A stretch of DNA of 64,000 nt from the IMG/VR virus record IMGVR_UViG_3300045972_000084, positions 1 through 64,000 of that record; one strand, given 5' to 3'. Source of the DNA: a virus. The notes under the pieces were generated by a model that had not been told where the DNA came from, did no database searches, and saw only the letters and a program-made list of their open reading frames with translations. A program made the position numbers and the translations under genes. Below, piece after piece: positions 18,761-28,201 of this stretch; position 1 is the stretch's first letter; the number at the start of each line of letters is the position of its first letter.

Positions 18761-21745
18761 ATGGCAATCATAAGAATACAACTATTCGGCGGTGAAGCTC
18801 CAAGCTTTTCTGATCGAACTCTGCCAAACAACTATGCGCGCGTTGCGCAAAATCTATTAGCCAAGACGAACGAGTTTCGCCCTCTGGATGCCGACCTTTT
18901 AGTGGCAACGATAAGCAATTCAAATCCAAATTCTCTGTATCGGACGCCCCGCGCTGTCGGAGGAGCTATTGACTCTGACTATAGCCAGCGCTGGGTTGCT
19001 CCTCCGTCCATATTAACGGATGGATACTATGTTCCAGGTCAGATCGATGATGACCTTACCTCCAGGACATATGCAACTGGAGCGGCAACGATTGTTAATG
19101 GATCAACTCCATTTGGGTTCCCACTTGTATTTGATAGTACGGGCTATACCAAAAGGCTTGGAGTCCCAGCTCCTATCAAGCCGGTCGCTGTAAAAACTGA
19201 AGTCCCTGAGTATTCCACTGAGGAAGACAACGCAGCGCGCAAGAGTGTTCCTGATGCTCTTTACCAAGCGCTCAAGGACAATACCTCGGCGGTTCCACTT
19301 GGCTCCTATACCCCAGCTGGAAACCCGCCAACATCCACCACGATGGGTTGGTTGCGATGGGACCAGACCGGCGTTACTGATTCTCTTGGCGGTGCCAATG
19401 GACTTCCAGGGAAAACGGTAGGTGAGTGGAATGTACTGATCCCATTGCAATCTGGATCTGGCGCTTACGTCATCATTCCATCGTTTGTTGGGAAATACAA
19501 ATTCCTGATGCAGACGGAGTTTAGTGGTACACATGTGATTTATTTGGGCATGCACTACTGGGCCGTTCCAATCACGATGCAAGGTACTGGCTACTCGGTT
19601 AACACAACCGCGATGTCCACTCAAGTCCAGGCTATTCAAAATCCTGATACACAGGTCGCTAGCTGGATACCTGCTGCAGCCGCAAATACATTCTGCACAA
19701 AAACAGCAAACTACTTCGCAACCACAGAGCTTCCACAAAAGACCAGCATCCTTTCTCAGGATAGGGCCAATGTTGCTCTAGTGCTCGCACTTGGCATGGG
19801 CCAAATGCCTGTCATGACCGCGACCATGACATCATTCTTTAACCTGACTGCTGTCAATGCCGAGATCAACAATGCCATTGCAGCATTTGCTGATGATGTC
19901 ATGGTTAAGGTCGATGATGCAATGGTAGTGGATAACGGATCTCTTGGAAGGCCTACCACTGCTGCAGACATCATTGCGCTATTCCCATCAAACCAAACAT
20001 CCAGCAACACACTTTTGTTCTCCGACTCGTATGGCGTGCGAAACATATCAGTCAATCTTATTCGTAACGCTGTATCTGGCTTGCTTCCTGACGGATTCTC
20101 TATGGCACCAGATCTGGTCTCACAGAGAAAGTACAACGCAGCGAAGTCCCTGGTAATCACCAACGCAATCAACGCGAACCTAGTTCCAATATTTAGCAAT
20201 GCGCATTGGTCTTCTACCTATACAGCAGAGTTCCCTCTTGGAAGCAATCAGTCTACTGACTCAGCATCAAGCGTTGCAGCAGCCGATGTTTCATCGGCTA
20301 TCGCAGCAGTAGAACGCGCATCAAAGCAGGTCACAACTGACTACGACAATGTTCTCATCAAGATCAATAACACCATCAAGTACGACCTATTTGATGCGTG
20401 GATTGTTGTTGATAAGACCATCAATCTCCCAACGCCTGTAACTAGGGCGATAGATAGCAGGTACTACGTCACCACATTGGTCACCGCATGGGGTGAGGAG
20501 TCTTCTCCATCCCCTGTATCTTACATGTTGACGACTGATCAGAATGACTACGTCACCATCACAAAACCATCCGGATTTCCAATTGACCGGCAGATAGCTG
20601 GATGGCGTCTGTATCGCTCCAATGCAGGAAACCAAGGGGCAGCATTCCAGCTGGTCTCTGATAAGGATGCAACAGTAGAAAATTGTGGATCGCAAGCAGT
20701 TCTTATCAATGGAGCTTTTGATTACTTCGACATCGTTACCGGCACCGGTTACAAGGATGTCATCAAGTCCTCGTCCCTCCAGGACACGATTGCTACCACC
20801 ACATGGCTTGAGCCCCCATCAAATCTCCAAGGCCTCACTGGCATGGCCAATGGAGTCATGGCGGGCTACTACGACAACGTCATCTGCTTCTGCGAGCCCT
20901 ATGTCCCATATGCCTGGCCAGTTGAGTATCAACAGACTACCAAGATGCCAATCACTGGGCTCGGTGGATTCGGCCAGTCTCTGTTTATTGGCACCCGTGG
21001 AAACCCTTATATCGCCAATGGATCTGACTCAGCAAGCATTAGCCTGATCGAGCTTCCTACATCGCAAGCGTGCGTTAGCGGAAGGGCAGTTGTTTCAATT
21101 CCCAATGGTGTTTTGTATGCATCGCCTGATGGAATTTGTATGGCCGATAACGGAGGGGTGAAGGTTTTATCTTCTGACCACTTCAGCAGAAATATCTGGC
21201 AGGGGATGAACCCATCGAAGATGTTCGCTGCGCAACACGATGGAATTTATTACTTCGTGTTCCCAGGTGGAACGCCAGGGTCCGGTGGAATACCAGCCTC
21301 AGCAGATCCATCTGGACCAGGTTGCTATGGATTTGACTACCAGGCTGGAAAGCTTGTCAGAGTCACATTCAGTACCCTGCCAAGCGCATTCTTTGAAGAC
21401 AAGATCTCGGATACCTTGTATGCGGCCATGGGAACTGGCGTGTATGCACTCTTCTCAGCTGGAACATCCAGAGTTGGGACGTACAAAACTGGGACTATCA
21501 GAACTCCATCTTATGACTCAATGGCCTGGATACAGGTGGATAGCGACTTATCCGGTGATGTGACTGTGAACTGGTATGCAGATGGATCATTGAAGCACTC
21601 AAAAGTCATCCATCCATCAAATGGTATAGCTCCACTTCGACTTCCGAGTGGGATAGTGAAGGAGCACGTTGTAGAGGTCATCTCTTCAGCCGGAATTACT
21701 AGCGTGACGTTGGCTAGCTCTACAGAGGAGCTGAGATCCGTATGA
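18761..21745 (+). CDS. Large tail structural protein (994 aa; nozzle/tail-tubular-B-like candidate)
   Basis: Size and position. The C-terminal pattern WGEESSPSP...WRLYR...WLEPPSNLQGL...CEPYVPYAWP...QACVSGRAV...LYASPDGI matches a podophage tail-protein family as I recall it. Confidence 0.45.
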   Translation: MAIIRIQLFGGEAPSFSDRTLPNNYARVAQNLLAKTNEFRPLDADLLVATISNSNPNSLYRTPRAVGGAIDSDYSQRWVAPPSILTDGYYVPGQIDDDLTSRTYATGAATIVNGSTPFGFPLVFDSTGYTKRLGVPAPIKPVAVKTEVPEYSTEEDNAARKSVPDALYQALKDNTSAVPLGSYTPAGNPPTSTTMGWLRWDQTGVTDSLGGANGLPGKTVGEWNVLIPLQSGSGAYVIIPSFVGKYKFLMQTEFSGTHVIYLGMHYWAVPITMQGTGYSVNTTAMSTQVQAIQNPDTQVASWIPAAAANTFCTKTANYFATTELPQKTSILSQDRANVALVLALGMGQMPVMTATMTSFFNLTAVNAEINNAIAAFADDVMVKVDDAMVVDNGSLGRPTTAADIIALFPSNQTSSNTLLFSDSYGVRNISVNLIRNAVSGLLPDGFSMAPDLVSQRKYNAAKSLVITNAINANLVPIFSNAHWSSTYTAEFPLGSNQSTDSASSVAAADVSSAIAAVERASKQVTTDYDNVLIKINNTIKYDLFDAWIVVDKTINLPTPVTRAIDSRYYVTTLVTAWGEESSPSPVSYMLTTDQNDYVTITKPSGFPIDRQIAGWRLYRSNAGNQGAAFQLVSDKDATVENCGSQAVLINGAFDYFDIVTGTGYKDVIKSSSLQDTIATTTWLEPPSNLQGLTGMANGVMAGYYDNVICFCEPYVPYAWPVEYQQTTKMPITGLGGFGQSLFIGTRGNPYIANGSDSASISLIELPTSQACVSGRAVVSIPNGVLYASPDGICMADNGGVKVLSSDHFSRNIWQGMNPSKMFAAQHDGIYYFVFPGGTPGSGGIPASADPSGPGCYGFDYQAGKLVRVTFSTLPSAFFEDKISDTLYAAMGTGVYALFSAGTSRVGTYKTGTIRTPSYDSMAWIQVDSDLSGDVTVNWYADGSLKHSKVIHPSNGIAPLRLPSGIVKEHVVEVISSAGITSVTLASSTEELRSV

Positions 21746-24700
21746 CAAGACAGACTCAACTACCTGCGCTCTCCAGCGTTTCTACTGGAAACACTACGTT
21801 AGACAATTGGATCAGAGCTGTAACAGAGCACCTGCAAGTCAGAGAGGGAGATCGAGGGTCTCCTGACGATAGGGTTGTTACGCTTCGAGATCTTAAGACG
21901 CTAGGCCTTGACACATCATCCTGGCCAACAACTGGATCTCCTGCAGGCGGTATTCTGGTTAGGCTTCCTTCAGGTGGTTATGCGCAAGTTCCATTCTCAT
22001 CATTTGCAGATTCCTTAAGGGGGACGCAACTGTATGCAGACTTGATTCGTAATATCGATGACCCAACAAGGTTTGAGGGTCTGTCTTCCGATATCAAGAA
22101 CATTCTTCTTTCGAGTCTGGCTGATGAGGCTGCCGCACGCGGAGCAGCCATTACTCACACTAAGGAGATCATCCAGTCTCAAACACAAAGTCTAGCGGTA
22201 CAAGTTGACGCCACAACAGCAGCTCTGAATAAAAGCGTCTCTGGCATCCGTGAAGTAACTTTTGCTACTGCCAATGATGTAACCGCTCAAGCTGGAAAAA
22301 TTACTGAAATCACGGCAGGCCTTGATGCAACTTCAAATACCCTTCCGACTACTTATCCGACCGTTGCAGCTCTCAAGAGCGCAGTTCCTACAGGACTTGC
22401 AGGTAAGTATTACAAGGTCACCAACCCAGTCGCTGGACAGCCTGTTTTATTGTTTAAGTGGGACGCTGTGAATGGCACCTACACAGTCGCAGGAAAAGGA
22501 AACATAGCAGGACTAACCCAGTCCATGATAGCCACTGCTGACCGGGATGCCGGGTCAGAGGCCCAGTACACACTGAAGGTCACGGCCGGTGGAAAGATTG
22601 CAGGCTTCGGGCTTTCAGCTACAGACCCGATTGCTGGCGGCGGAACTTCTGCGTTCATTGTCAATGCAGATAAGTTCGCGCTAGTTACATCCACCACATC
22701 AATTTCCGATCCGACTGCACCACCCACGAATCTGATTCCATTTGGCGTAGATGCTAGTGGGGTGTACATCAATGGCTCAATCCGAGTTAACTCTGGCGGC
22801 GCAACAATTGGTTCATTCGGATCTGGTAGTGCTGGAATCACTGGGGCTGTTTACTATCAAGGCGCATCAGCTCCTGCAGCACCCACAGCCAGCACGGGCT
22901 CTTACAACTTCACGACCAATGTACTGATACCTCCGACTGGCAGTGTTACCTGGTCAACTTCTGTGCCTACTGTTGGGACTAATCCTACCTATGCAAGTTA
23001 TTACACTTTTACAGGAACTGGGACTGTAGCCTGTACTGGAGCATGGTCCGGTCCAGTTGCTGTAGGTCAGCAAGGAGTAGACGGTAAGCGTGGACCCATG
23101 GTCACCAAAATTACAGGTGCATGGAACGCTTCAACAGCAGCCACACAAATCGCATCCATTGCCACTGCGGCAGGTTCTACACCTACAACCCCAATCAAAG
23201 GTGATATCGTTTACTACACAGGCGGCGCTAATGAATGCACTAACGCCACTGGCCCAGTGTGGGGTACTGTGGCGGCCTATATCGACGGCAGTTTGATTGT
23301 TACAGGAACTGTTTCAAGCTCACAGATTGCGACCGGAACAATAACCGTAGGAAACCTTGGCTCAAGCGTCCTTGATTATTCCAACATACTGGGTGTCACA
23401 AAGCCAGCCAATAACGCAAATAAGACAACTGTGTCTGCTGGCGTTTTATTTAATGACGGAGTCACCACTGGAATCAATGTCGACAACTCTCTCCTTAATA
23501 CTGCAATATCAAATGCAGCTGGAACTGCTGCGTGGACTGGGGTTTCTTCAAAGCCTGTAGAGCTAACTGATGGCAGAATTTCAACCGCTCTAAGCACCGC
23601 AGGAGTTGTTGTTTCTGGAGTCAAGCCAGGCATCGTTGTTACTACTGGTGGCGCTGGCTTATACATGGGTTCAGATTTCCTTGGGTACTACAACGGTGCC
23701 ACATGGAAAACCTACATGGATAACTCAGGCAACTTCTATTTAGGAGGTGCTGGCGGGAGCTTGGTATGGAATGGATCAACGCTCACCATTAACGGTGGCG
23801 GGACGTTCACAGGAACACTCAAAGTAGGAACAAATCCCACAGTTACTGGAACTGGGGCCGGTACAAGCATGTCCGGACTTGGGGCAGTGTTCAACACAGG
23901 CGCATCTGGTTCGTTCGCCATAGGTAACAGCGCTACGAATATTGCATTCGACGGAACAACAATGGTTCTGAATGGGAATGTGGTCAAAGCGGGGAATATC
24001 AATGTCACTGATCTTGGGCAGATTAACCCTAACCTTGGGACCATAACAGGCTTATCCTCCCTGCGAATTGGCTCTGGGGCGGCGTCCTTCAATGTAGACG
24101 CAGTCGGGGGCATTTGGTCGGGCAGCACTACTTATGCAGGCGCTCCATTCAGCGTAACCAACGCGGGCGTACTTGTCGCAGCAAGTGCCAACATCACAGG
24201 GACCATCAATGCGTCTTCAGGAAATATCTTTGGTAACCTAGGATTGGGGACTGGCGGCGCTCTCATACTAAGCAGCACGGGAAAGATTTACAGCGGCAGC
24301 AGAAGTAGCTATTTCAATACATCTCCGGGGGTATTCATCGGCGGCGACGGTAGTTTCTCGTTCGGCAGCGGAACATCCTACATATCGTATGACGGGGCTA
24401 CGAACTACAACATATCGCAGGATGTCCTTATCAATGGGGTCAACGCTGGGTTGGTTGTGGCAAATGCCGCAGCGGGGGCGTCGGTTGCGGCCACTATAAG
24501 CGGGAAATTAGACAAGGATGGCGCTGCTATCCTTACTGGCCCCGTCACACTAAACGCCGCCAATGCGCTTACTGTTGGGACTCCTGCGCTAGACGCAGTA
24601 GCCGGGCATAACGGGTTCTATATAGGCAGCACTGGGATAGTGGGCACCAAAAACGGTGTTGCCACGTTCACCTTGGACACTGCTGGTAATGCTATCTTTA

Positions 24701-26190
24701 AAGGCGACATTACAGGTGCAACAGGATCATTCGGCGGGGTGTATACAGGAACTCTAAGCGCAGCGATGATTACGGCTGGCACCATAAGTGCTTCTGTTTC
24801 CTTGACTGCAGCGACAATCACTGGCGGGGTAATTGGAACGGCGTCAGGAGGGGCAAGGACTGAACTGACGGCAACAAGTAACGGGCTTACATCCTACGCA
24901 TCGGATGGAACAACTGTCCTTGCGAGTATAGGTAGTGCGTCCGCCGCATCTGCGGGTTCTGGCTATGTGAAGTCAACAGGTGGGGCTAATAACGCCGCTG
25001 GTTTCGCTTCATACTCCTCAAACTACACGATTTATACCGTAAATAACGGGACAGGGGCGGCTTTAGGTGCCGAGAATGTAGGCGGCGGCGGCGTTGGTAT
25101 CTGGGCCTACTCTAATGGGTCTTACGCAGTCCGAGCAGTTAGTACTTCTGTTGGTTCTTACGGTGAGGGGCAGGCCACTGGAGCAACTGGCGTACAGGGG
25201 TTTGTAAGCGGGGTGTATTCCAATGGGATTGGAGTACACGGTACTGGAAACGGCACCGGTGGGATTGGGGTAAACGGTGATGCTTCTGGAACCAACGGAA
25301 CTGGAGGCGTCTTCCAATCTACCAATTACATTGCGATGGTTGCCAGCGGTTCAAACTATGGCGTGTACTCGTCTGCATCCACTGGAGTTTGGGGATTCTC
25401 AAAGGCCAATGGCATTGGCGTGGAAGGGTCAATTATTTACAACGGAACGGGAGGCGTAGGAGTCAAGGGCGATTCAAACGCTACGTCTTCGATTGGTGTT
25501 CGGGGGGAAGCCTCTGGCTCTGCCTCTCAGGCGGGCTCTTTCTACGCTACGGGCTCTGGTTCGATGGGGGTATGGGTAAGCTCCGCTAGTTCCTACGGGG
25601 TGTATTCATCTGCCACAGGTACTTACGCCTTTTACGCAGGAACGGGCGCAGCTACTGGATCGCAGTCCATCTATGGTTACGGCCCATTCACTGGCGCTCA
25701 CGATAGCCTAACCGTGAAGACTGAGGTAATTGAGTCTGGTGACATTGTTGTGGACACTGCAATCGTTGGTAAGGCTGGTGTGTCGGACACCATAGCCACG
25801 ATAACTAAATCAACCACACCGAATCAGAAGTGTGTGCTTGGCGTATATGCAGGGAAAAATCCCGTACCAAATAAACCCGCAGGTGATGCGCCCTACACGG
25901 GGCCAAACGCAATGGGTCCGATGCCCGATGCGGATTACACAGCCTACCAATCCACGCACGACTGTTCGATCATCAATGCCTTGGGTGAAGGCCAGATCAA
26001 CGTGGTCAAAGAAGGAGGCAACATTGAAGCGGGCGACTACATCGTTACATCAAGCACGGCTGGTAAGGGCATGCGCCAAGCTGACGACCTTTACCGCAAC
26101 ATCACAGTGGCAAGAGCCCGTGAATCGGTTGTTTGGGACGCAGGCGACAGTTCTGTGAAGATGATTTCTTGTATCTACTTATCGGGGTAA
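21742..26190 (+). CDS. Tail fibre/host-specificity protein (1,482 aa) with lambda-J-like central domain and Gly-rich repeats
   Basis: AQYTLKVTAGGKIAGFGLSAT...SAFIVNADKFALV...IPFGVDASGVYINGSIRV resembles the gpJ-type fibre domain. A long G/S/T/A/V-rich distal part follows. Confidence 0.65.
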   Translation: MTRQTQLPALSSVSTGNTTLDNWIRAVTEHLQVREGDRGSPDDRVVTLRDLKTLGLDTSSWPTTGSPAGGILVRLPSGGYAQVPFSSFADSLRGTQLYADLIRNIDDPTRFEGLSSDIKNILLSSLADEAAARGAAITHTKEIIQSQTQSLAVQVDATTAALNKSVSGIREVTFATANDVTAQAGKITEITAGLDATSNTLPTTYPTVAALKSAVPTGLAGKYYKVTNPVAGQPVLLFKWDAVNGTYTVAGKGNIAGLTQSMIATADRDAGSEAQYTLKVTAGGKIAGFGLSATDPIAGGGTSAFIVNADKFALVTSTTSISDPTAPPTNLIPFGVDASGVYINGSIRVNSGGATIGSFGSGSAGITGAVYYQGASAPAAPTASTGSYNFTTNVLIPPTGSVTWSTSVPTVGTNPTYASYYTFTGTGTVACTGAWSGPVAVGQQGVDGKRGPMVTKITGAWNASTAATQIASIATAAGSTPTTPIKGDIVYYTGGANECTNATGPVWGTVAAYIDGSLIVTGTVSSSQIATGTITVGNLGSSVLDYSNILGVTKPANNANKTTVSAGVLFNDGVTTGINVDNSLLNTAISNAAGTAAWTGVSSKPVELTDGRISTALSTAGVVVSGVKPGIVVTTGGAGLYMGSDFLGYYNGATWKTYMDNSGNFYLGGAGGSLVWNGSTLTINGGGTFTGTLKVGTNPTVTGTGAGTSMSGLGAVFNTGASGSFAIGNSATNIAFDGTTMVLNGNVVKAGNINVTDLGQINPNLGTITGLSSLRIGSGAASFNVDAVGGIWSGSTTYAGAPFSVTNAGVLVAASANITGTINASSGNIFGNLGLGTGGALILSSTGKIYSGSRSSYFNTSPGVFIGGDGSFSFGSGTSYISYDGATNYNISQDVLINGVNAGLVVANAAAGASVAATISGKLDKDGAAILTGPVTLNAANALTVGTPALDAVAGHNGFYIGSTGIVGTKNGVATFTLDTAGNAIFKGDITGATGSFGGVYTGTLSAAMITAGTISASVSLTAATITGGVIGTASGGARTELTATSNGLTSYASDGTTVLASIGSASAASAGSGYVKSTGGANNAAGFASYSSNYTIYTVNNGTGAALGAENVGGGGVGIWAYSNGSYAVRAVSTSVGSYGEGQATGATGVQGFVSGVYSNGIGVHGTGNGTGGIGVNGDASGTNGTGGVFQSTNYIAMVASGSNYGVYSSASTGVWGFSKANGIGVEGSIIYNGTGGVGVKGDSNATSSIGVRGEASGSASQAGSFYATGSGSMGVWVSSASSYGVYSSATGTYAFYAGTGAATGSQSIYGYGPFTGAHDSLTVKTEVIESGDIVVDTAIVGKAGVSDTIATITKSTTPNQKCVLGVYAGKNPVPNKPAGDAPYTGPNAMGPMPDADYTAYQSTHDCSIINALGEGQINVVKEGGNIEAGDYIVTSSTAGKGMRQADDLYRNITVARARESVVWDAGDSSVKMISCIYLSG

Positions 26191-26193
26191 CAA

Positions 26194-26514
26194 ATGGCTG
26201 ATTACAAACAATCGACGGTGGCTGGTACTGCGTGGCAACGGTGCAGCGAGGTGAGAATCGCAAACCCGTATCAGGGATTCGGTGGCACCCCATTGGTCAC
26301 CTTTGGGGAGGAACAAATCATTAACGTGGGCGGCAAGTATGTGCGCCAGTATGTTGGAGAGCTACACAAAGGATTTGATCCCGCCGCAACTATTGCCATG
26401 CTCAATCCAGTTACTGGTGAGTCGCTTGGTACAACAGTCACCCACGGCGAGCTTTACGCCATCCTTTTCAGCCTGTACATGCAGACCGCCCAGGAACGGG
26501 ACGCCGCGCAGTAG
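26194..26514 (+). CDS. Hypothetical protein (106 aa; fibre-associated or chaperone by position)
   Basis: Starts 3 nt after the fibre gene. No motif recognised. Confidence 0.45.
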   Translation: MADYKQSTVAGTAWQRCSEVRIANPYQGFGGTPLVTFGEEQIINVGGKYVRQYVGELHKGFDPAATIAMLNPVTGESLGTTVTHGELYAILFSLYMQTAQERDAAQ

Positions 26515-26518
26515 TATT

Positions 26519-26548
26519 TTGACTATTGCATTGCTTGTAGCGTAAAAT
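26519..26548 (+). promoter_or_regulatory. Sigma70-like promoter TTGACT-N18-TAAAAT
   Basis: -35 at 26519-24 and -10 at 26543-48, in an intergenic region. Confidence 0.5.
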
Positions 26549-26640
26549 GCTGCCAGCAACAAAACCGGACAAACAGCACCGGTATAACAAACAGCAGCCA
26601 TAGTCTTGGCCTAGCCGCCTTCAAATTCCGTAATCACCAC

Positions 26641-26669
26641 AGCCGCCTGGATTTCCACGCGGCTTTTTT
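26641..26669 (+). terminator. Rho-independent terminator
   Basis: AGCCGC (26641-46) / GCGGCT (26659-64) stem plus TTTTTT. Confidence 0.75.
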
Positions 26670-26682
26670 GTCGTTTCATCCT

Positions 26683-27207
26683 ATGCAAATCACAGTCAAG
26701 TACGGGTCTGGGTTTGAGGTGAATCCACCTAAAGAAGTAGAAAGCAAAGAGGTGGACTTACCTCAGTCCATCGCTATGCGCGAGAAGGTTGACCTGATAG
26801 CAAGGGGAATCATAGATAGCGCGCTTCCGCAAATCGAGTGCCCTATTCGGCACCACTTCGCGCCAGGGATGTACGGGAGAGAGATTTCGATACCAGCTGG
26901 AACTGTCTTGATTGGAGCTGTTCACAAGACAGACAACTTGGTAGTTTTGTCCAAGGGTCTCATTAGGATGGTTACAGAAGACGGGTTCACTGAAATAGCC
27001 GCACCCCACACCATGATGTGCAAGGCCGGTACAAGAAATGCCGGATTGATTGTTGAAGATTCCGTGTGGACAAATTTTTTCCCAACATTAGAAACCGACC
27101 CAGACAAACTCATTGAGTTACTCACAGAGTCAACTGCAGATGAGATCCTTGGCGGAAAGAACAACGAACAGCTATTGGCAATGAAGGCCAAGCAATTGGA
27201 GGTTTGA
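26683..27207 (+). CDS. Hypothetical protein, cupin-like beta-barrel suspected (174 aa)
   Basis: ORF. The start is uncertain (ATG 26683 or TTG 26668, neither with a clear SD). Confidence 0.45.
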   Translation: MQITVKYGSGFEVNPPKEVESKEVDLPQSIAMREKVDLIARGIIDSALPQIECPIRHHFAPGMYGREISIPAGTVLIGAVHKTDNLVVLSKGLIRMVTEDGFTEIAAPHTMMCKAGTRNAGLIVEDSVWTNFFPTLETDPDKLIELLTESTADEILGGKNNEQLLAMKAKQLEV

Positions 27208-27208
27208 T

Positions 27209-28189
27209 ATGTCAGTAGCAATGGTTTCAGCGGGAATAGGCGCAGTTGGCATGCTTGCAAGTAATGCAAATGCGCGATCCGCCGCAAGTCAGGCATCCGA
27301 TGCAAATGCAGCAGCATTGGATGCTCAAGGAAAAGCCACTGGAGACCGTCTTGCATTTGACACAAAGGTCTATAACGACGGCGCTGGAGATCGCCAGTTT
27401 GCATCTAACCAAGCGCGTCAAGCTGCGCAATGGCAAGCAGATGACCGGACAAAGTACAACGCACTTCAGGATGATCAAATCGCCAGGGGTAAAAAATACC
27501 AAGGCGTTCAGGACAAAATCCTAACTGACGCTGAAAACTTCGATACTGAAGGCAAGCGCGAGGAGCTTGCTGGGAAAGCCATTGGAGATGTGAATCAGGG
27601 CTTTGATGCAGCCACATCACAGGTGCGGCGCAATCAGGAGCGCATGGGTATTAACCCAAGCTCAGGAAGGGCGATGGCCACAGAGAATGCCGGAATGTTC
27701 TCCAAGGCTCTTGGCATCGCCGGGGCTGCCAGTAAAGCCAGGGCTGATGCCACAACAGTTGGCTATGCCAGGAAGATGGATGCCGCAGGATTTGCAAATG
27801 GGACCATCGGTAACCAGGCAACGCAGGCAAGTCTCGCGCTTCAGTCTGGAAACTCTTCCGTCAATAACAGCCTCATTCCACTCGCTGTTTCATCTTCTGC
27901 CAACGGAGCGATGAGCACTGGCTATGGAAACGCTGCTGGTGGATATCAGAATCTTGGCAATACACAAGCTGGAAGCTTCTACGGATCTCAGAACTATGGA
28001 GCAGGAGTAGGACAGTCTGTAGGAAACATGTTTGGGAATATCGCAGGCATGGGTTTGAAGGCTTACCAGAACTGGAATTCAGGATCTAGTGCACCAATGG
28101 GTGGATGGTCTCCGAATTCAAATAGTGCTTCTACTAATGATGCGATGTCTGCCAGCTTACTGGCAAATGGGTATGGAACTGGACCTTAA
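27209..28189 (+). CDS. Internal virion/ejection protein candidate (326 aa, G/A/S/N/Q-rich)
   Basis: Position upstream of the SLT and giant protein genes, and its composition. Confidence 0.45.
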   Translation: MSVAMVSAGIGAVGMLASNANARSAASQASDANAAALDAQGKATGDRLAFDTKVYNDGAGDRQFASNQARQAAQWQADDRTKYNALQDDQIARGKKYQGVQDKILTDAENFDTEGKREELAGKAIGDVNQGFDAATSQVRRNQERMGINPSSGRAMATENAGMFSKALGIAGAASKARADATTVGYARKMDAAGFANGTIGNQATQASLALQSGNSSVNNSLIPLAVSSSANGAMSTGYGNAAGGYQNLGNTQAGSFYGSQNYGAGVGQSVGNMFGNIAGMGLKAYQNWNSGSSAPMGGWSPNSNSASTNDAMSASLLANGYGTGP

Positions 28190-28201
28190 TAGGAATAAAT
28201 C

